Shown: piece by piece, positions 36,742-46,705 of the stretch
Numbering within the stretch: position 1 is the first letter of the stretch
Layout: each line of letters begins with the position of its first letter
Origin: Patescibacteria group bacterium
Lineage (GTDB): Bacteria > Patescibacteriota > Minisyncoccia > Phycocordibacterales > Phycocordibacteraceae
Assembly: GCA_040388985.1 (NCBI GenBank)
Contig: JAZKAU010000002.1
Location: 52,570-116,569 of the forward strand
Length of the DNA stretch: 64,000 bases
Direction: 5' to 3'
The notes under the pieces: generated by a model
The model's input: only the letters and a program-made list of their open reading frames with translations
Told to the model about the DNA's origin: nothing
The model's database searches: none
Program-made: the position numbers and the translations under genes

Positions 36742-37677
36742 ATGAAAAGCGACTTCGTCCTCTTCTTAGCGATCCTCATCTTCATATTCGTCCTCTGGCT
36801 CTACACGGGCGGGCCTACGCACCCGATATCCTTCGCAGGACCTTATCTCACACCCGTCACGACTAGCGGTGGACAGTCGCAAGCATACGGAAACCCGAGC
36901 GACCTCTCAGGCGGCTCGTTCCTGCATAGCCTGTCGAGCGGGTTCGGTAAAAGCGGAAGCCTCGGCGGAGATACGAGCGGAAGCTCGAATATCTCCTCTG
37001 TCCCTGCAGGCGATCAGTCGCCTTATGCGGGCAAGGTACATATAAACGGGGGCGATCCTTCCGCCACCTCAGTGCGACAGGAGTATCTTGCGCTCCAGTC
37101 AGCGTCGGGTTCCGGGAATATCAATATCACTGGCTGGCAGTTGGTGAGCACGCAGTCGGGAGCGCAGGCTGTGATACGTGCAGGCGAACGTATACCGGAC
37201 GTGAGCAGCGAAAGTTCCATCGTCCTCAATCCGGGAGACGAAGCTATTGTCACGACCGGACAGTCCCCCTATCGCAGCACGTCTTTTAAGGAGAATAAGT
37301 GCACCGGCTATCTTGATTCGAGTTCATACTCTCCGTCACTCTCGACGAGCAACTGCCCGGCTCCCATAGACGAGCTCGGGGACTTCTACTCTGGGAACGC
37401 TAATCATTATGACGACTGTGCCGACTATGTACGGACCCTTTCGAGCTGCCGAGTACCGGGTACCTCGCCCCAAGGCACGCCTTCATTCTGCAGGGACTTC
37501 GTCCGGGATCGCCTCGACTATTCCGGCTGCGTAGACGGACACAAAAACGATGCTGACTTCGTCGGCGACACGTGGCGCATCTACCTCGACGAGAACAAGC
37601 AGCTTTGGCGCAGCGACAACGATACTATCCGGCTGCTTGATCAGAACGGGAAGGTGGTAGACCAGTACTCGTATTAG
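36742..37677 (+). CDS. hypothetical secreted protein, Gly/Ser-rich N-terminal region and Cys-rich C-terminal domain
   Basis: N-terminal TM/signal MKSDFVLFLAILIFIFVLWLYTG. C-terminus has at least 8 Cys residues. Confidence 0.45.
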   Translation: MKSDFVLFLAILIFIFVLWLYTGGPTHPISFAGPYLTPVTTSGGQSQAYGNPSDLSGGSFLHSLSSGFGKSGSLGGDTSGSSNISSVPAGDQSPYAGKVHINGGDPSATSVRQEYLALQSASGSGNINITGWQLVSTQSGAQAVIRAGERIPDVSSESSIVLNPGDEAIVTTGQSPYRSTSFKENKCTGYLDSSSYSPSLSTSNCPAPIDELGDFYSGNANHYDDCADYVRTLSSCRVPGTSPQGTPSFCRDFVRDRLDYSGCVDGHKNDADFVGDTWRIYLDENKQLWRSDNDTIRLLDQNGKVVDQYSY

Positions 37678-38507
37678 ATCTGGTAGGAATCAATGGCACG
37701 AGCAAGTAAGTCCCGCTTCTCGACGTGTTCTTTCCAGATACTATTAGATCGATTTCCGTTTACTCGCACACCGGGGGAGAAGTTGATTTCCTTTTGAAAT
37801 TTCAATAGTTCACTTTTTCCTGTTATAAGGACTTCATTTGGAAGAACGATATGTGCGTTGATATCTAGATCTGCGAGAAGTGACTGAACGATTGATAAAA
37901 TACGTATATTTTTCTGATATCCGCGCACCCTTCTTTTATTACGTGCTGGTCTAAAGTCCATGCAGCCCTCGTCATCGAAAAATGCTCTGAGGAATTCGCG
38001 TTTGCATTCTCTTGGCATTCTCTCTATTTCTTCCAGGAGTTCCTCAGCCTTCTTGAGAAGATAGGTGCCGAGAGCGACATTATTATATCCGATCTTAGTT
38101 ACCCCTGTGATGGGATTTACATATAGTTTTGGATCAAAGTCATATATACCTTTCATGAGAGTCCTTACTCGCTGTATGAGAGCTCCGCTTCGATTATTGT
38201 ATCTGCAGCCGCTTGAACTAAGCTCTCCGTCGAATATGAGATGGGCGACTAGTAGTACTAGCTGGGGACTCCAAGTACTAAATTCCTTGAACATTCGGAC
38301 ACTCTTTCCTTTTCTACTTAACGCAAATTCGCGCATTCTGTCTCCTGCTCTCTGCCGAATCGAATCTTTTCTCTCTGCTGACAGCGGCAAATCGCGTATA
38401 TACGAATATACTGTTGTTTTTGGACCTCCTGTGCGCTCAACTATTTCGGATAATGTATATCCTTCTTTCCTCAGCGCTACGCACACTTCTCTCAACGTAG
38501 TCTCCAT
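37674..38507 (-). CDS. LAGLIDADG-family homing endonuclease (two motifs) with N-terminal HTH
   Basis: Motif 1 LVAHLIFDGELSSS and motif 2 LRAFFDDEGCMD (LAGLIDADG-like xxFxDxEG). N-terminal TLREVCVALRKEGYTLSEIVERTG HTH. Start ATG (rc 38505-38507) lies 2 nt downstream of the tRNA-Lys 3' end. Confidence 0.6.
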   Translation of the reverse strand: METTLREVCVALRKEGYTLSEIVERTGGPKTTVYSYIRDLPLSAERKDSIRQRAGDRMREFALSRKGKSVRMFKEFSTWSPQLVLLVAHLIFDGELSSSGCRYNNRSGALIQRVRTLMKGIYDFDPKLYVNPITGVTKIGYNNVALGTYLLKKAEELLEEIERMPRECKREFLRAFFDDEGCMDFRPARNKRRVRGYQKNIRILSIVQSLLADLDINAHIVLPNEVLITGKSELLKFQKEINFSPGVRVNGNRSNSIWKEHVEKRDLLARAIDSYQI

Positions 38508-38508
38508 G

Positions 38509-38581
38509 TGCGCCCGGATGGGCTCGAACCATCGACCCACTGCTTAAAAGGCAGTTGCTCTACCGACTGAGCTACGGGCGC
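38509..38581 (-). tRNA. tRNA-Lys (TTT)
   Basis: Acceptor GCGCCCG/CGGGCGC, D-arm GCTC-AGTCGGTA-GAGC, anticodon stem ACTGC/GCAGT, loop CTTTTAA (TTT), T-arm GATGG-TTCGAGC-CCATC. Confidence 0.85.
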
Positions 38582-38624
38582 ATGCCTTTAGATACTAGCA
38601 GACGATGGTTCTGATTTCTAGGAT

Positions 38625-38784
38625 TCTAGTGCGTCATCTTATACGCCACCCAGATACCTGCCATGCCGCCGATAGCGCTCAAGAAGATGGAGGAGAATGA
38701 CAATACTCCCGCGCCCCATAGGTTCGGAATGAATCCGCCGATGGTGGAGCCTACGACGAGCCCGAGCCAGATCATTTGCTTCAT
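38625..38784 (-). CDS. hypothetical 52-aa membrane peptide
   Basis: Hand translation gives MKQMIWLGLVVGSTIGGFIPNLWGAGVLSFSSIFLSAIGGMAGIWVAYKMTH. Gly-rich hydrophobic, not in the ORF track (under 60 aa). Confidence 0.35.
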
Positions 38785-38809
38785 AGCCGTAGTGTACACG
38801 AGTAAGAAA

Positions 38810-38845
38810 GGCGAAAGCGCGCCGCCTTTAGGCGGCGCGCTTTCG
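38810..38845 (-). terminator. terminator after DoxX gene
   Basis: GCGAAAGCGCGCCGCC-TTTA-GGCGGCGCGCTTTCGC 16-bp stem. U-rich tail on the minus strand. Confidence 0.55.
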
Positions 38846-38868
38846 CGGGATATTCCGAACGTTCAGGC

Positions 38869-39294
38869 TTATGCGTGCGGCAAGGTGTCCCTCTTCACGG
38901 CTGCGTACTGAGCGCCATAGACCGAGATGTAGAGAAGTCCTGCGATAAGTCCCAAGTGGCTTATGAACTGCCCCATCACCATCGGGTCAGCGAAGTTCCG
39001 GTAGAAGATAAGTGCGAGGGCGAGCGTGAATATCGCAAGCACGAAAGCTGCGTTGCGCACATGCCAGCCGACGATGAGCGATACGCCAAGGACAACCTCG
39101 AGCACGAAGGCGAGCGCCACGGCGATGGTCGCGAGCGGTACGCCAGCTGCCGCCGTCATGCCCGACTCCATGATGAAGCCTTGCGTGCCGGGAATCTTGA
39201 AGGCAGCTCCCATAAGGAAGAGTCCGCCGAAGAGCACACGCGCCACGACTGGCGCCCAGTTCTCATATGCTCGTGAAAAATGTGGGAGATTCAT
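38869..39294 (-). CDS. DoxX family membrane protein
   Basis: MNLPHFSRAYENWAPVVARVLFGGLFLMGAAFKIPGTQGF... is a typical DoxX start (..ARV/RIxLGxxFxxxGxxK). Start set to internal ATG. Confidence 0.65.
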   Translation of the reverse strand: MNLPHFSRAYENWAPVVARVLFGGLFLMGAAFKIPGTQGFIMESGMTAAAGVPLATIAVALAFVLEVVLGVSLIVGWHVRNAAFVLAIFTLALALIFYRNFADPMVMGQFISHLGLIAGLLYISVYGAQYAAVKRDTLPHA

Positions 39295-39506
39295 ATCTCT
39301 GGTTTGAAGGATTATGTAGATAGATTCGAACACTAGAATCCTAGCATGGGGGGTACGGTTAGACCCTCTTTTCACGGTCTCCATATCTTGATAACGCACA
39401 TGGGCAAAGGGCAAATATACAGAATCTTCTTGGTGCGGTCATAGAACCATCCGATCCAGAAGTCGTACCAGAGAAAAGCGAGCTGAACACGATACTTAGT
39501 CATATC

Positions 39507-40055
39507 TTAGTAAGTTGATGTGTTGTGGTGACTTTCAACTGATCTAAGCGCTGGGAAGAAGGAGTCCACGACAAAATGAAAAGCTCCTCCAAAGGACTCT
39601 GGGTGGAGATTTAATTCCTCTTTTAATTCCTGTTCGGTAAAGTAGCGATAACTTTCAGACTCGTGATTCAGGACTGGTTCAACGTCTGAGAATATCTTAT
39701 ACATCACGAATAGATGATTCTCATGTCGTCCTAGTACACTCCGATTAAATATTGCTTTCCCGATTAGTTCGTAGGTAAACTCTCCCTGTAATCCGACTTC
39801 CTCTTCGGCTTCGCGTCTTAGCGCCGTTTCGTCAGATTCTCCAGATTGGACATGGCCGCCGACTGGAGATACGTATTGCCCTGCGTCCTGCCTATCGCTC
39901 GACTGCCGAATCATGAGCCATCGACCCTCCGTATCTACAATCTCGCCTATTACCGTCTTGTGGAGTAATCCTTGCTCATGTGCTTTACGTTTTGAGACAT
40001 TGCTAATTACTGCCCCGTTCTCGTCCACCACGTCTACTAACTCGTCGGGATTCAT
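39507..40055 (-). CDS. NUDIX hydrolase
   Basis: Nudix box GGHVQSGESDETALRREAEEEVGL (GX5EX7REUXEEXGU). Confidence 0.8.
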   Translation of the reverse strand: MNPDELVDVVDENGAVISNVSKRKAHEQGLLHKTVIGEIVDTEGRWLMIRQSSDRQDAGQYVSPVGGHVQSGESDETALRREAEEEVGLQGEFTYELIGKAIFNRSVLGRHENHLFVMYKIFSDVEPVLNHESESYRYFTEQELKEELNLHPESFGGAFHFVVDSFFPALRSVESHHNTSTY

Positions 40056-40099
40056 CGAGAATAGTATACGTTACTAAGCGAGAGACTAGAGGCGTGGGC

Positions 40100-40750
40100 C
40101 TACGAAAGCGAAAGCGCGAAGCGCTCGAGCGCAGGGCCGAGCTCGAGATCGCGGCCGCGCGAGTCGGAAAGGAGCTCGATGAGATTGCGCGAGAGCAGAC
40201 GCGCTTGCGAGCGCGGCCACGCGCGACTTCCCTTCTGCATCAGGTCGCGCGCTTTCCAGTGGAGCAGACCGTGCACCATCTCAGGCGCGTCCCCCTGCCG
40301 GTATGCCTTCACTATCTCCTTCCAGAGGGTGTCCCCCTCGCGCGCAGCGAGCGCATTCACGAGCGCACCATTGAAGCCGCGCGCGGGTTTCGCTGTCGCA
40401 TCTATCTTGAATACTTTTTCAGCTTTGGTTTCTACCTTCTTTGCGCGTGCTGCAAGGAGTTTGGGTGCTAGTATGGCGACGATGTTTTCGCTTGCGGCAA
40501 GTTCTGAGAGAAGTCCGAGCACTGCCTCTGCGGGCTCGTTACTGGCGAACGGATCATCGAGCATGACGAGGGTCTTGGAGAAGAAGAGTCCCTGCATGCT
40601 TATGGCCTCGCGAAGCGAGGCCGGGGAGATAGCGTCCGCATCAAGACGGAGATAATACGCGTCCGGGGCTTTCGCGCGCGCAGCCGCGACCCACTGGAAC
40701 GCTTTGGCGCGCACTTTATTAGTATCTGAGCCGTGGAAGAGATAGATCAC
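40100..40750 (-). CDS. hypothetical protein, possibly DNA polymerase III delta (HolA)-like
   Basis: N-terminus MIYLFHGSDTNKVRAKAFQW resembles the HolA start (LYLLYGEE...). Ala-rich, weak call. Confidence 0.3.
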   Translation of the reverse strand: MIYLFHGSDTNKVRAKAFQWVAAARAKAPDAYYLRLDADAISPASLREAISMQGLFFSKTLVMLDDPFASNEPAEAVLGLLSELAASENIVAILAPKLLAARAKKVETKAEKVFKIDATAKPARGFNGALVNALAAREGDTLWKEIVKAYRQGDAPEMVHGLLHWKARDLMQKGSRAWPRSQARLLSRNLIELLSDSRGRDLELGPALERFALSLS

Positions 40751-41090
40751 GCACGTATTGTATACCGAGCACTCATTTTCGTATAAAAGAATCTCCCGGA
40801 CTATATAAACAGGAAAGGCGGCCGTTATTGCGGTCGCGCCTTTCTTTTCAGCGACCGAAAGATGACTCGGATGTCACCGCCCGAAGATGACCCACGCGAG
40901 CCAGAGCCAAGCCGCAAATCCAATGCCGACCGCGACTATCGTGGGACCTCCTTCAGGCATTTCTCGATCGTTTGAGGATGTGGTGCGGCCTGCTGGGCCG
41001 CCCATGTCACCCGTGTCCATGACATCATACTCCTCGCTGCCTGGCCCCAGTATGCTCCCGACTTCCGTTTATGCAAGAGCTTGGTTGGTA

Positions 41091-43574
41091 TCAAGCGACG
41101 GCTTCCATCTCCCCCCAATTCGCGCCTTTCTTCGCTTGGGCGATTATGGGAACGCCCTTCGTCTCGTCTTCCGGAAGGACGGACTCCATGATGTTCTTTA
41201 TCTTCTCTGTCAGCTCCCGTGTCCGCGTCACACGTATCTCGAAAACGAGCTCATCGTGTACCTGGAGAATCGGGTACGCGTCCTCGGTAGCGGTATCAGC
41301 GACGAGCATATTCTGGATCTCAACCATCGCGAGCTTGATGACGTCAGCCTGCGTTCCCTGGATAGGCGCATTGATGGCCATACGCTCAGCCTGCGCGCGT
41401 ACATACGGGAGTGCTGATTTCATGCCGGTGAATTCGCGGCGGCGGCCGAAGAGCGTTTCGGTGAATCCTTGGCGACGGGCGGCCCCCTTGGTGAGCTCTA
41501 GGTATTCGGCGAGCGTGCTGAACGTACGGAAATAGTCTTCGTAGAACTGATGGGCTTCGGAGGTCGAGGTCCCCAGCTGCGCCTTAAGCGCATTCACGCC
41601 CATGCCATAAAGGATGCCGAAATTTATGATCTTCGCGCGGCGGCGCATCTCGCGATCGACTTGCTCAGCTGAGACGCCGAAGACCGCTGCGGCCACCTCC
41701 TGATGTACGTCCCGTCCGGACTTGAATATATCGATGAGCTTCTCGTCGCCCGAAAGTATGGCCGCCAGGCGCAGCTCAATCTGCGAATAGTCGAGGGCGA
41801 CTAAGGTGAACCCCTCGGATGCCTTGAAGGCAGTACGTATGGCGCGCCCGCGATCGCTGCGTATAGGTATGTTTTGGAGGTTCGGATTCGCGCTTGCCAT
41901 GCGGCCGGTCGTTGTTCCGGTCTGGATGAACTGCGCGTGGAGCCTGCCATCGGTATCGAGAAGAGGCGGGATGCTTTCGACATAGGTACCGAGCAACTTC
42001 TGCACTTGTCGATACTCAAGGATGTCATTGATTATGGGGTGCACGTCCCGCAATTTCTCGAGCTCCGACTCCTTGGTGGAGCGCTGACCGGTTGCCGTCT
42101 TCTTCTGCTTGTTTCCAGCACCAGGAGCCTTGAGCGCGAGCTCGTCGAAGAGTACGTCACCAAGCTGCTTGGGCGAGCTCACGTTGAATTCGTGTCCGAC
42201 GACCTCGAAGATGCGTTTCTCGATGGCTTCCAGTTCCGCGCGGTAGCGGGCACGCAGGTCTTCGAGGACATCACGGTCGACGCATACGCCATGCGCTTCC
42301 ATGCCGCGCAGTATCGGAATGAGCGGCTTCTCTATCTTCTCGTACACTTCGTCGAGCCTGCCGGTCGTCGCTATCTTGGTCTCAAGCACCTTGTACGCGG
42401 CAGAGAAGGTCTGCGCCTTCGTATAGGCGAGAATATCCTCGAGGTTCGGGTTGGTGAGGTCGGAAGCAAGGAGCCAGAGCATCACCTGCGCTTCCTCCAG
42501 CTTGTCCTTCGGAACGTTCTCTTCTGCTTCCCCGTTCTCAGTCGCTCCTTCCTCGCGTGCCTCTGTGCTCCCCTCCTCCGCGCCGAAGACGGCGCGGGCC
42601 CTTCCGCGCAGCGTCCGGAAGCCGAGCTCGTCGAAAAGCGCGAGTACGGTCGGCAGCGTATTCCCGTTATGCCAGACCGCTTCGGGCAACTTGAAGGCGA
42701 TAGGCGCGTCCATGCGTATGGTGGCAAGCATCTTCGAGAAAATAGCGTCTTCTTCGTGCTCCTTCAGGAGTCCCACGATGCGCGGCTTTATTCCCTTCGC
42801 TAGGAATACGGATTCATCTTTCTTCAGCTGCTTGTACATGCTCTCGATGGTCCCGAATTCCTGCACGAGCGTCGTCGCGGTCTTCTCGCCGATGCCGGGA
42901 ATGCCGATGATGTTGTCGGACGGGTCGCCACGCAATCCTTTCCAGTCGGAGACGAGTATGGGATCGAAACCGTAACGCGCGACCACGGCTGCGGCGTCAT
43001 ACATGATGGTATCGTTGAGCCCTTTCTTGAGGGTATAGACCTTCACCCGGCTCTTCTCGACGAGCTGGAGCGTATCCATGTCGCCGGAGGCGATGATGAT
43101 CTCGATATCCATATCATCCTTCAAGAGGTGCGTGATGGTTCCGAGAATGTCGTCAGCCTCGAACCCCTCGCGTTCATAGATGGGTATGCAGAAGGCTTTG
43201 AATACGTCGCGCGACGTATTCAGCTGCGTCGCAAGCGCATCGTCTATCTTCATGCGCGTCGATTTATACCCTTCGTACGCCTCATGCCGCATCGTAGGCT
43301 TAGGCAGGTCGTAGCAGGCGGCGATGTAGTCGGGCTTCAGCTCTTGGATGATGCGCAGAAGCATGGACGAGAGACCGTAAAGCGCGCCCGTGGGTTGACC
43401 TGCCGGGCTCTGGAAATCTGGGAGCGCGTGGTAGGCACGATGGATGATGGCGTGGGCGTCCAGTAGGATGAGCCGCTTCTTCTTTGCGCCAGCTGGCGTA
43501 TTCTTTTTAGCCGCTTTTTTGTCGCCCGGAGCAGCGGTCTTTTTTGCGGGGGCTTTAGGCATATGAAATTGCAC
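41091..43574 (-). CDS. polA: DNA polymerase I
   Basis: 827 aa. 5'-3' exonuclease N-terminal domain (LILLDAHAIIHRAYHAL). Polymerase motifs RRRAKIINFGILYGMG (motif B) and ILQVHDELVFE (motif C). Confidence 0.9.
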   Translation of the reverse strand: MQFHMPKAPAKKTAAPGDKKAAKKNTPAGAKKKRLILLDAHAIIHRAYHALPDFQSPAGQPTGALYGLSSMLLRIIQELKPDYIAACYDLPKPTMRHEAYEGYKSTRMKIDDALATQLNTSRDVFKAFCIPIYEREGFEADDILGTITHLLKDDMDIEIIIASGDMDTLQLVEKSRVKVYTLKKGLNDTIMYDAAAVVARYGFDPILVSDWKGLRGDPSDNIIGIPGIGEKTATTLVQEFGTIESMYKQLKKDESVFLAKGIKPRIVGLLKEHEEDAIFSKMLATIRMDAPIAFKLPEAVWHNGNTLPTVLALFDELGFRTLRGRARAVFGAEEGSTEAREEGATENGEAEENVPKDKLEEAQVMLWLLASDLTNPNLEDILAYTKAQTFSAAYKVLETKIATTGRLDEVYEKIEKPLIPILRGMEAHGVCVDRDVLEDLRARYRAELEAIEKRIFEVVGHEFNVSSPKQLGDVLFDELALKAPGAGNKQKKTATGQRSTKESELEKLRDVHPIINDILEYRQVQKLLGTYVESIPPLLDTDGRLHAQFIQTGTTTGRMASANPNLQNIPIRSDRGRAIRTAFKASEGFTLVALDYSQIELRLAAILSGDEKLIDIFKSGRDVHQEVAAAVFGVSAEQVDREMRRRAKIINFGILYGMGVNALKAQLGTSTSEAHQFYEDYFRTFSTLAEYLELTKGAARRQGFTETLFGRRREFTGMKSALPYVRAQAERMAINAPIQGTQADVIKLAMVEIQNMLVADTATEDAYPILQVHDELVFEIRVTRTRELTEKIKNIMESVLPEDETKGVPIIAQAKKGANWGEMEAVA

Positions 43575-43998
43575 GCGTGTCGTCTGGGAGCACGGTAAGA
43601 GTCAGCGCGTGATCAGCTTTCGGCAATTGGCCTTCGACCATCTCCGGCCACTCGAGCACGATGAGACTCTGCGGATTGGCACAGAGTTCTGAAAATTCGA
43701 GCGGTATGAGCGACTTCTCTCCCTCAAGGCGATACGCGTCCACGTGCACGAGCCGCGCAAAGCCGCGGCTCGTGTCGCTCGGCACGTCATATATCTTCTC
43801 GAGCACGAAGGTCGGGCTCGTGATGCTCTCCGTGATGCCGAGTGCGCGTGCCAGTCCCTGCGTAAACGACGTCTTCCCTGCTCCCAGCTCTCCTGAAAGG
43901 GTCACGAGCACCGCAGCATCAGCCTTGGGAGTGAGCGTACTTACAAAATGCACCGCTTCAGTCTGTAAGTCCTCCAGAGATGTGAGGTTCTTTTCCAC
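43555..43998 (-). CDS. tsaE: tRNA threonylcarbamoyladenosine biosynthesis protein TsaE
   Basis: LSGELGAGKTSFTQGLARALGI P-loop typical of YjeE/TsaE. 147 aa. Confidence 0.8.
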   Translation of the reverse strand: MEKNLTSLEDLQTEAVHFVSTLTPKADAAVLVTLSGELGAGKTSFTQGLARALGITESITSPTFVLEKIYDVPSDTSRGFARLVHVDAYRLEGEKSLIPLEFSELCANPQSLIVLEWPEMVEGQLPKADHALTLTVLPDDTRAISYA

Positions 43999-44086
43999 CC
44001 ATGCATTGTATCAAAATAGTGAGAGGCCCGTCCGCGCATGCGCGAGCGAGCCTCCCGATTCGACCTTCTCCAAGGGTCGAGCTTGT

Positions 44087-44398
44087 TCAGAACCTGGTCT
44101 GCGGCGCCGGGGGCGAATAGCCGCCGTACAACCGGCCGCTGGCGTCCCGATTGAAGTTGGAATGGGTCTCGGTGTCGAAGTAATTGAACGCGCCGGACTG
44201 GTCGTACGCGCCCCACCCTTCCCGGCAAAGACGGCCGGGAACCGGGCCCGAGATCTGGCGCGACTCGTTGGTGCGCGTATTGATGTACTGCATGCTGCAG
44301 TTGGGCGCGACATAGATTCCGGAGCGATTGCTCACGAAATTCTGCCCCGCACAAGATGCAAGCAGGCCCGCAAGGGCCAAGATAGCAATCCGCTTCAT
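44087..44398 (-). CDS. hypothetical lipoprotein
   Basis: MKRIAILALAGLLASCAGQ has signal peptide plus lipobox (LLASC). Confidence 0.5.
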   Translation of the reverse strand: MKRIAILALAGLLASCAGQNFVSNRSGIYVAPNCSMQYINTRTNESRQISGPVPGRLCREGWGAYDQSGAFNYFDTETHSNFNRDASGRLYGGYSPPAPQTRF

Positions 44399-44520
44399 TC
44401 TGACTTCCAATCCTGTGTTGGAGTGTTGAGAAATTGTCGGTGAACTCGCGAACACCTGAAAATAATACTACTCTAAATCTGCTGTTTTGTCAATAGGTCC
44501 GCAGCGTCCCAGTATCTTGA

Positions 44521-44643
44521 GAGGTTTCTGAAAAACCCGATATGCAAGGCGCTGAGGAGTGAAAGACCGAGTCGTACTCAGGCGTACGGTGAGGTCTTGA
44601 GCGACGAGAGTAACGCAGCAGATCGGGGAATTTCAGGAAGCTC
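44521..44643. mobile_element. MITE-like element copy D (minus orientation, short 123-bp variant of copy A)
   Basis: rc reads GAGCTTCCTGAAATTCCCCGATCTGCTGCGTT...AGTACGACTCGGTCTTTCAC...CGCCTTGCATATCGGGTTTTTCAGAAACCTC. Both TIRs present. Confidence 0.5.
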
Positions 44644-44649
44644 TGCGGC

Positions 44650-46344
44650 GTGGGGTATGATAGGGACTATATGCCGAGCCATTTCGACACTGACGCCGAG
44701 GACGCGAAGCTCGCCTACGTGCGTGCGGAAGAGGAGGAGGACCTGACGCGCATCCTCTCGGACAAATACGGCATCACGTATACCGACCTTTCCGTCGTAC
44801 CTATAAATATGGACGCGCTGCGCGTCATCGGCGAAGCTGAAGCTAAGGACGCACAGGCCATCGCCTTCGATAAGAACGGAAAGCACCTCTCCGTGGCGTT
44901 GCGTGACCCGAAGAGCGATACTTATACGCGGCTGCGTGCGCGCCTCACGGACGCGGGCTACATCCTCGAAGAATTCCTCGTCTCCGAAGCGGGCATCACC
45001 CGCGGCATCTCCCGCTATGCCGATCTCTCGCAGGCGCATGGCGACGATGCGGGCGTCTTTGCCATCTCCGAAGACGACGTGAAGACCCTCGGGCCCAAAC
45101 TCTCTACAGTGGCGCTCCTGCGTGACTATCTGACCGAGGCCATCTCCACCAAGCATCCCTCCCAGATATCAACCCTTCTCGAAGACATCCTCGTGGCAGC
45201 GCTCACGATGAAAGCTTCCGACATCCATTTCGAGCCGGGTGAGGACGGCACGCGCCTGCGCCTGCGGCTCGACGGCATATTGACCGATACCTTCCTCTTT
45301 AACGAACACTCGTACCGTCTTCTGAGCTCCCGCATCAAGCTTCTCTCGGGACTCAAGCTTAATATCAGCGACCGGGCCCAGGACGGCCGTTTCAGTATCG
45401 GCATCGGCGCGATCGAAGTTGAGATCCGAACATCCTCCATTCCCGGCAACTATGGCGAGTCCATCGTGCTGCGCGTCCTTGATCCGAACGCAACTACCCA
45501 TTCCTTCACCGACATGGGCATCCATCCGAAGCTCTTGAAGCGACTCGAAGCTGAGATACGCCGCCCTACCGGAATGCTGCTCACCACCGGCCCTACTGGA
45601 AGCGGTAAGACCACGACGCTCTATGCCTTCATGCGCGCGATTCATACGCCGGAGATAAAGATAGTGACCATCGAGGACCCGGTCGAGTACCACCTGCCAG
45701 GCATCGTGCAGACCCAAGTAAATGGCGAAGACTACACCTTCGCTTCGGGACTCCGTTCCGTGCTGCGTCAGGACCCGGACGTCATCATGGTGGGCGAGAT
45801 CCGTGACGGTGAAGTCGCAGAAGTCGCCATCCAGGCGGCGCTCACCGGACACTTCGTCTTCTCTACTCTTCACACTAATAACGCTGCGGGCGCTTTCCCG
45901 CGCCTCGCAGATCTCGGCATAGATCCTAAGTCCTTCGCCTCAGCCGTTACGGTCGCTATGGCACAGCGTCTCGTGCGCACCCTTGACCCCGCAACTCGCG
46001 TAAAGCGCGCGGCCACTGACGAAGAGAAGAAAATCATGCAACGTATCTTCGAAGGCCTCTCCGATCCATCGCTCATGCCAGCGTCCTTCGACGAAGTCTG
46101 GAGCGCTGCTACGGGCGAGGACAGCGATACCGGCTACAAGGGCCGCACAGGGCTTGTCGAGGCTATATTCATGGACGAAGAGCTCGGCGAATTCCTGCGC
46201 GACAATCCGTCATCAAGCGATATTGCTAAGCATGTGGAGCGCCAAGGCTATCTCACTATGGCGCAGGATGGCGTTACCAAGGCACTCTCTGGCATCACCT
46301 CGCTCGAAGAAGTCTTCAAGGTCATCGACCTTCCGCGAGATTAA
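44650..46344 (+). CDS. type II/IV secretion system ATPase (PilB/GspE family)
   Basis: Walker A TGPTGSGKTTTLYA; Asp box, Walker B VIMVGEIRD. His box not seen. 564 aa. Confidence 0.8.
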   Translation: MGYDRDYMPSHFDTDAEDAKLAYVRAEEEEDLTRILSDKYGITYTDLSVVPINMDALRVIGEAEAKDAQAIAFDKNGKHLSVALRDPKSDTYTRLRARLTDAGYILEEFLVSEAGITRGISRYADLSQAHGDDAGVFAISEDDVKTLGPKLSTVALLRDYLTEAISTKHPSQISTLLEDILVAALTMKASDIHFEPGEDGTRLRLRLDGILTDTFLFNEHSYRLLSSRIKLLSGLKLNISDRAQDGRFSIGIGAIEVEIRTSSIPGNYGESIVLRVLDPNATTHSFTDMGIHPKLLKRLEAEIRRPTGMLLTTGPTGSGKTTTLYAFMRAIHTPEIKIVTIEDPVEYHLPGIVQTQVNGEDYTFASGLRSVLRQDPDVIMVGEIRDGEVAEVAIQAALTGHFVFSTLHTNNAAGAFPRLADLGIDPKSFASAVTVAMAQRLVRTLDPATRVKRAATDEEKKIMQRIFEGLSDPSLMPASFDEVWSAATGEDSDTGYKGRTGLVEAIFMDEELGEFLRDNPSSSDIAKHVERQGYLTMAQDGVTKALSGITSLEEVFKVIDLPRD

Positions 46345-46351
46345 GACCTTT

Positions 46352-46397
46352 TAGAGAAATGCAAAACCGCCTTTTGGGGCGGTTTTGCATTTCTCTA
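46352..46397 (+). terminator. long hairpin after PilB-like gene
   Basis: TAGAGAAATGCAAAACCGCC-TTTTGG-GGCGGTTTTGCATTTCTCTA, 20-bp stem. No clear trailing U-tract. Confidence 0.4.
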
Positions 46398-46705
46398 AAA
46401 TATTCGCGAACACTACCCTCCAGGCACTCCTCCTTATGAATAAGCAGGTGGACACAGTGCCTGAGGAGGCTCCCAGTTGCCTGCATCGAGTGCAGGACCA
46501 GAAGATCCTTGGGAAAGTGTCCTGAAGCCGTCAAGCCTTGCCTAGAGGGTGGTACTAACGAATATCAAGAATATGAAACCGATGGCAAAGAAAAAACCTC
46601 CCGAAGAAGGTGCGATTACGGGGCCGACCCCCATAGACACGCTCGTTTGTTATACGTTTACCGTACCAAACCTGGTGTGATAGAATACTAGCATACCCGT
46701 ATTTT

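Noticed and set aside
46400-46705. 300-bp intergenic region upstream of ruvB with local hairpins as a possible sRNA
   Set aside because: Only short stem-loops (CCTGCA-TCGAG-TGCAGG). No recognisable family and no promoter or terminator pair. Too weak to call.
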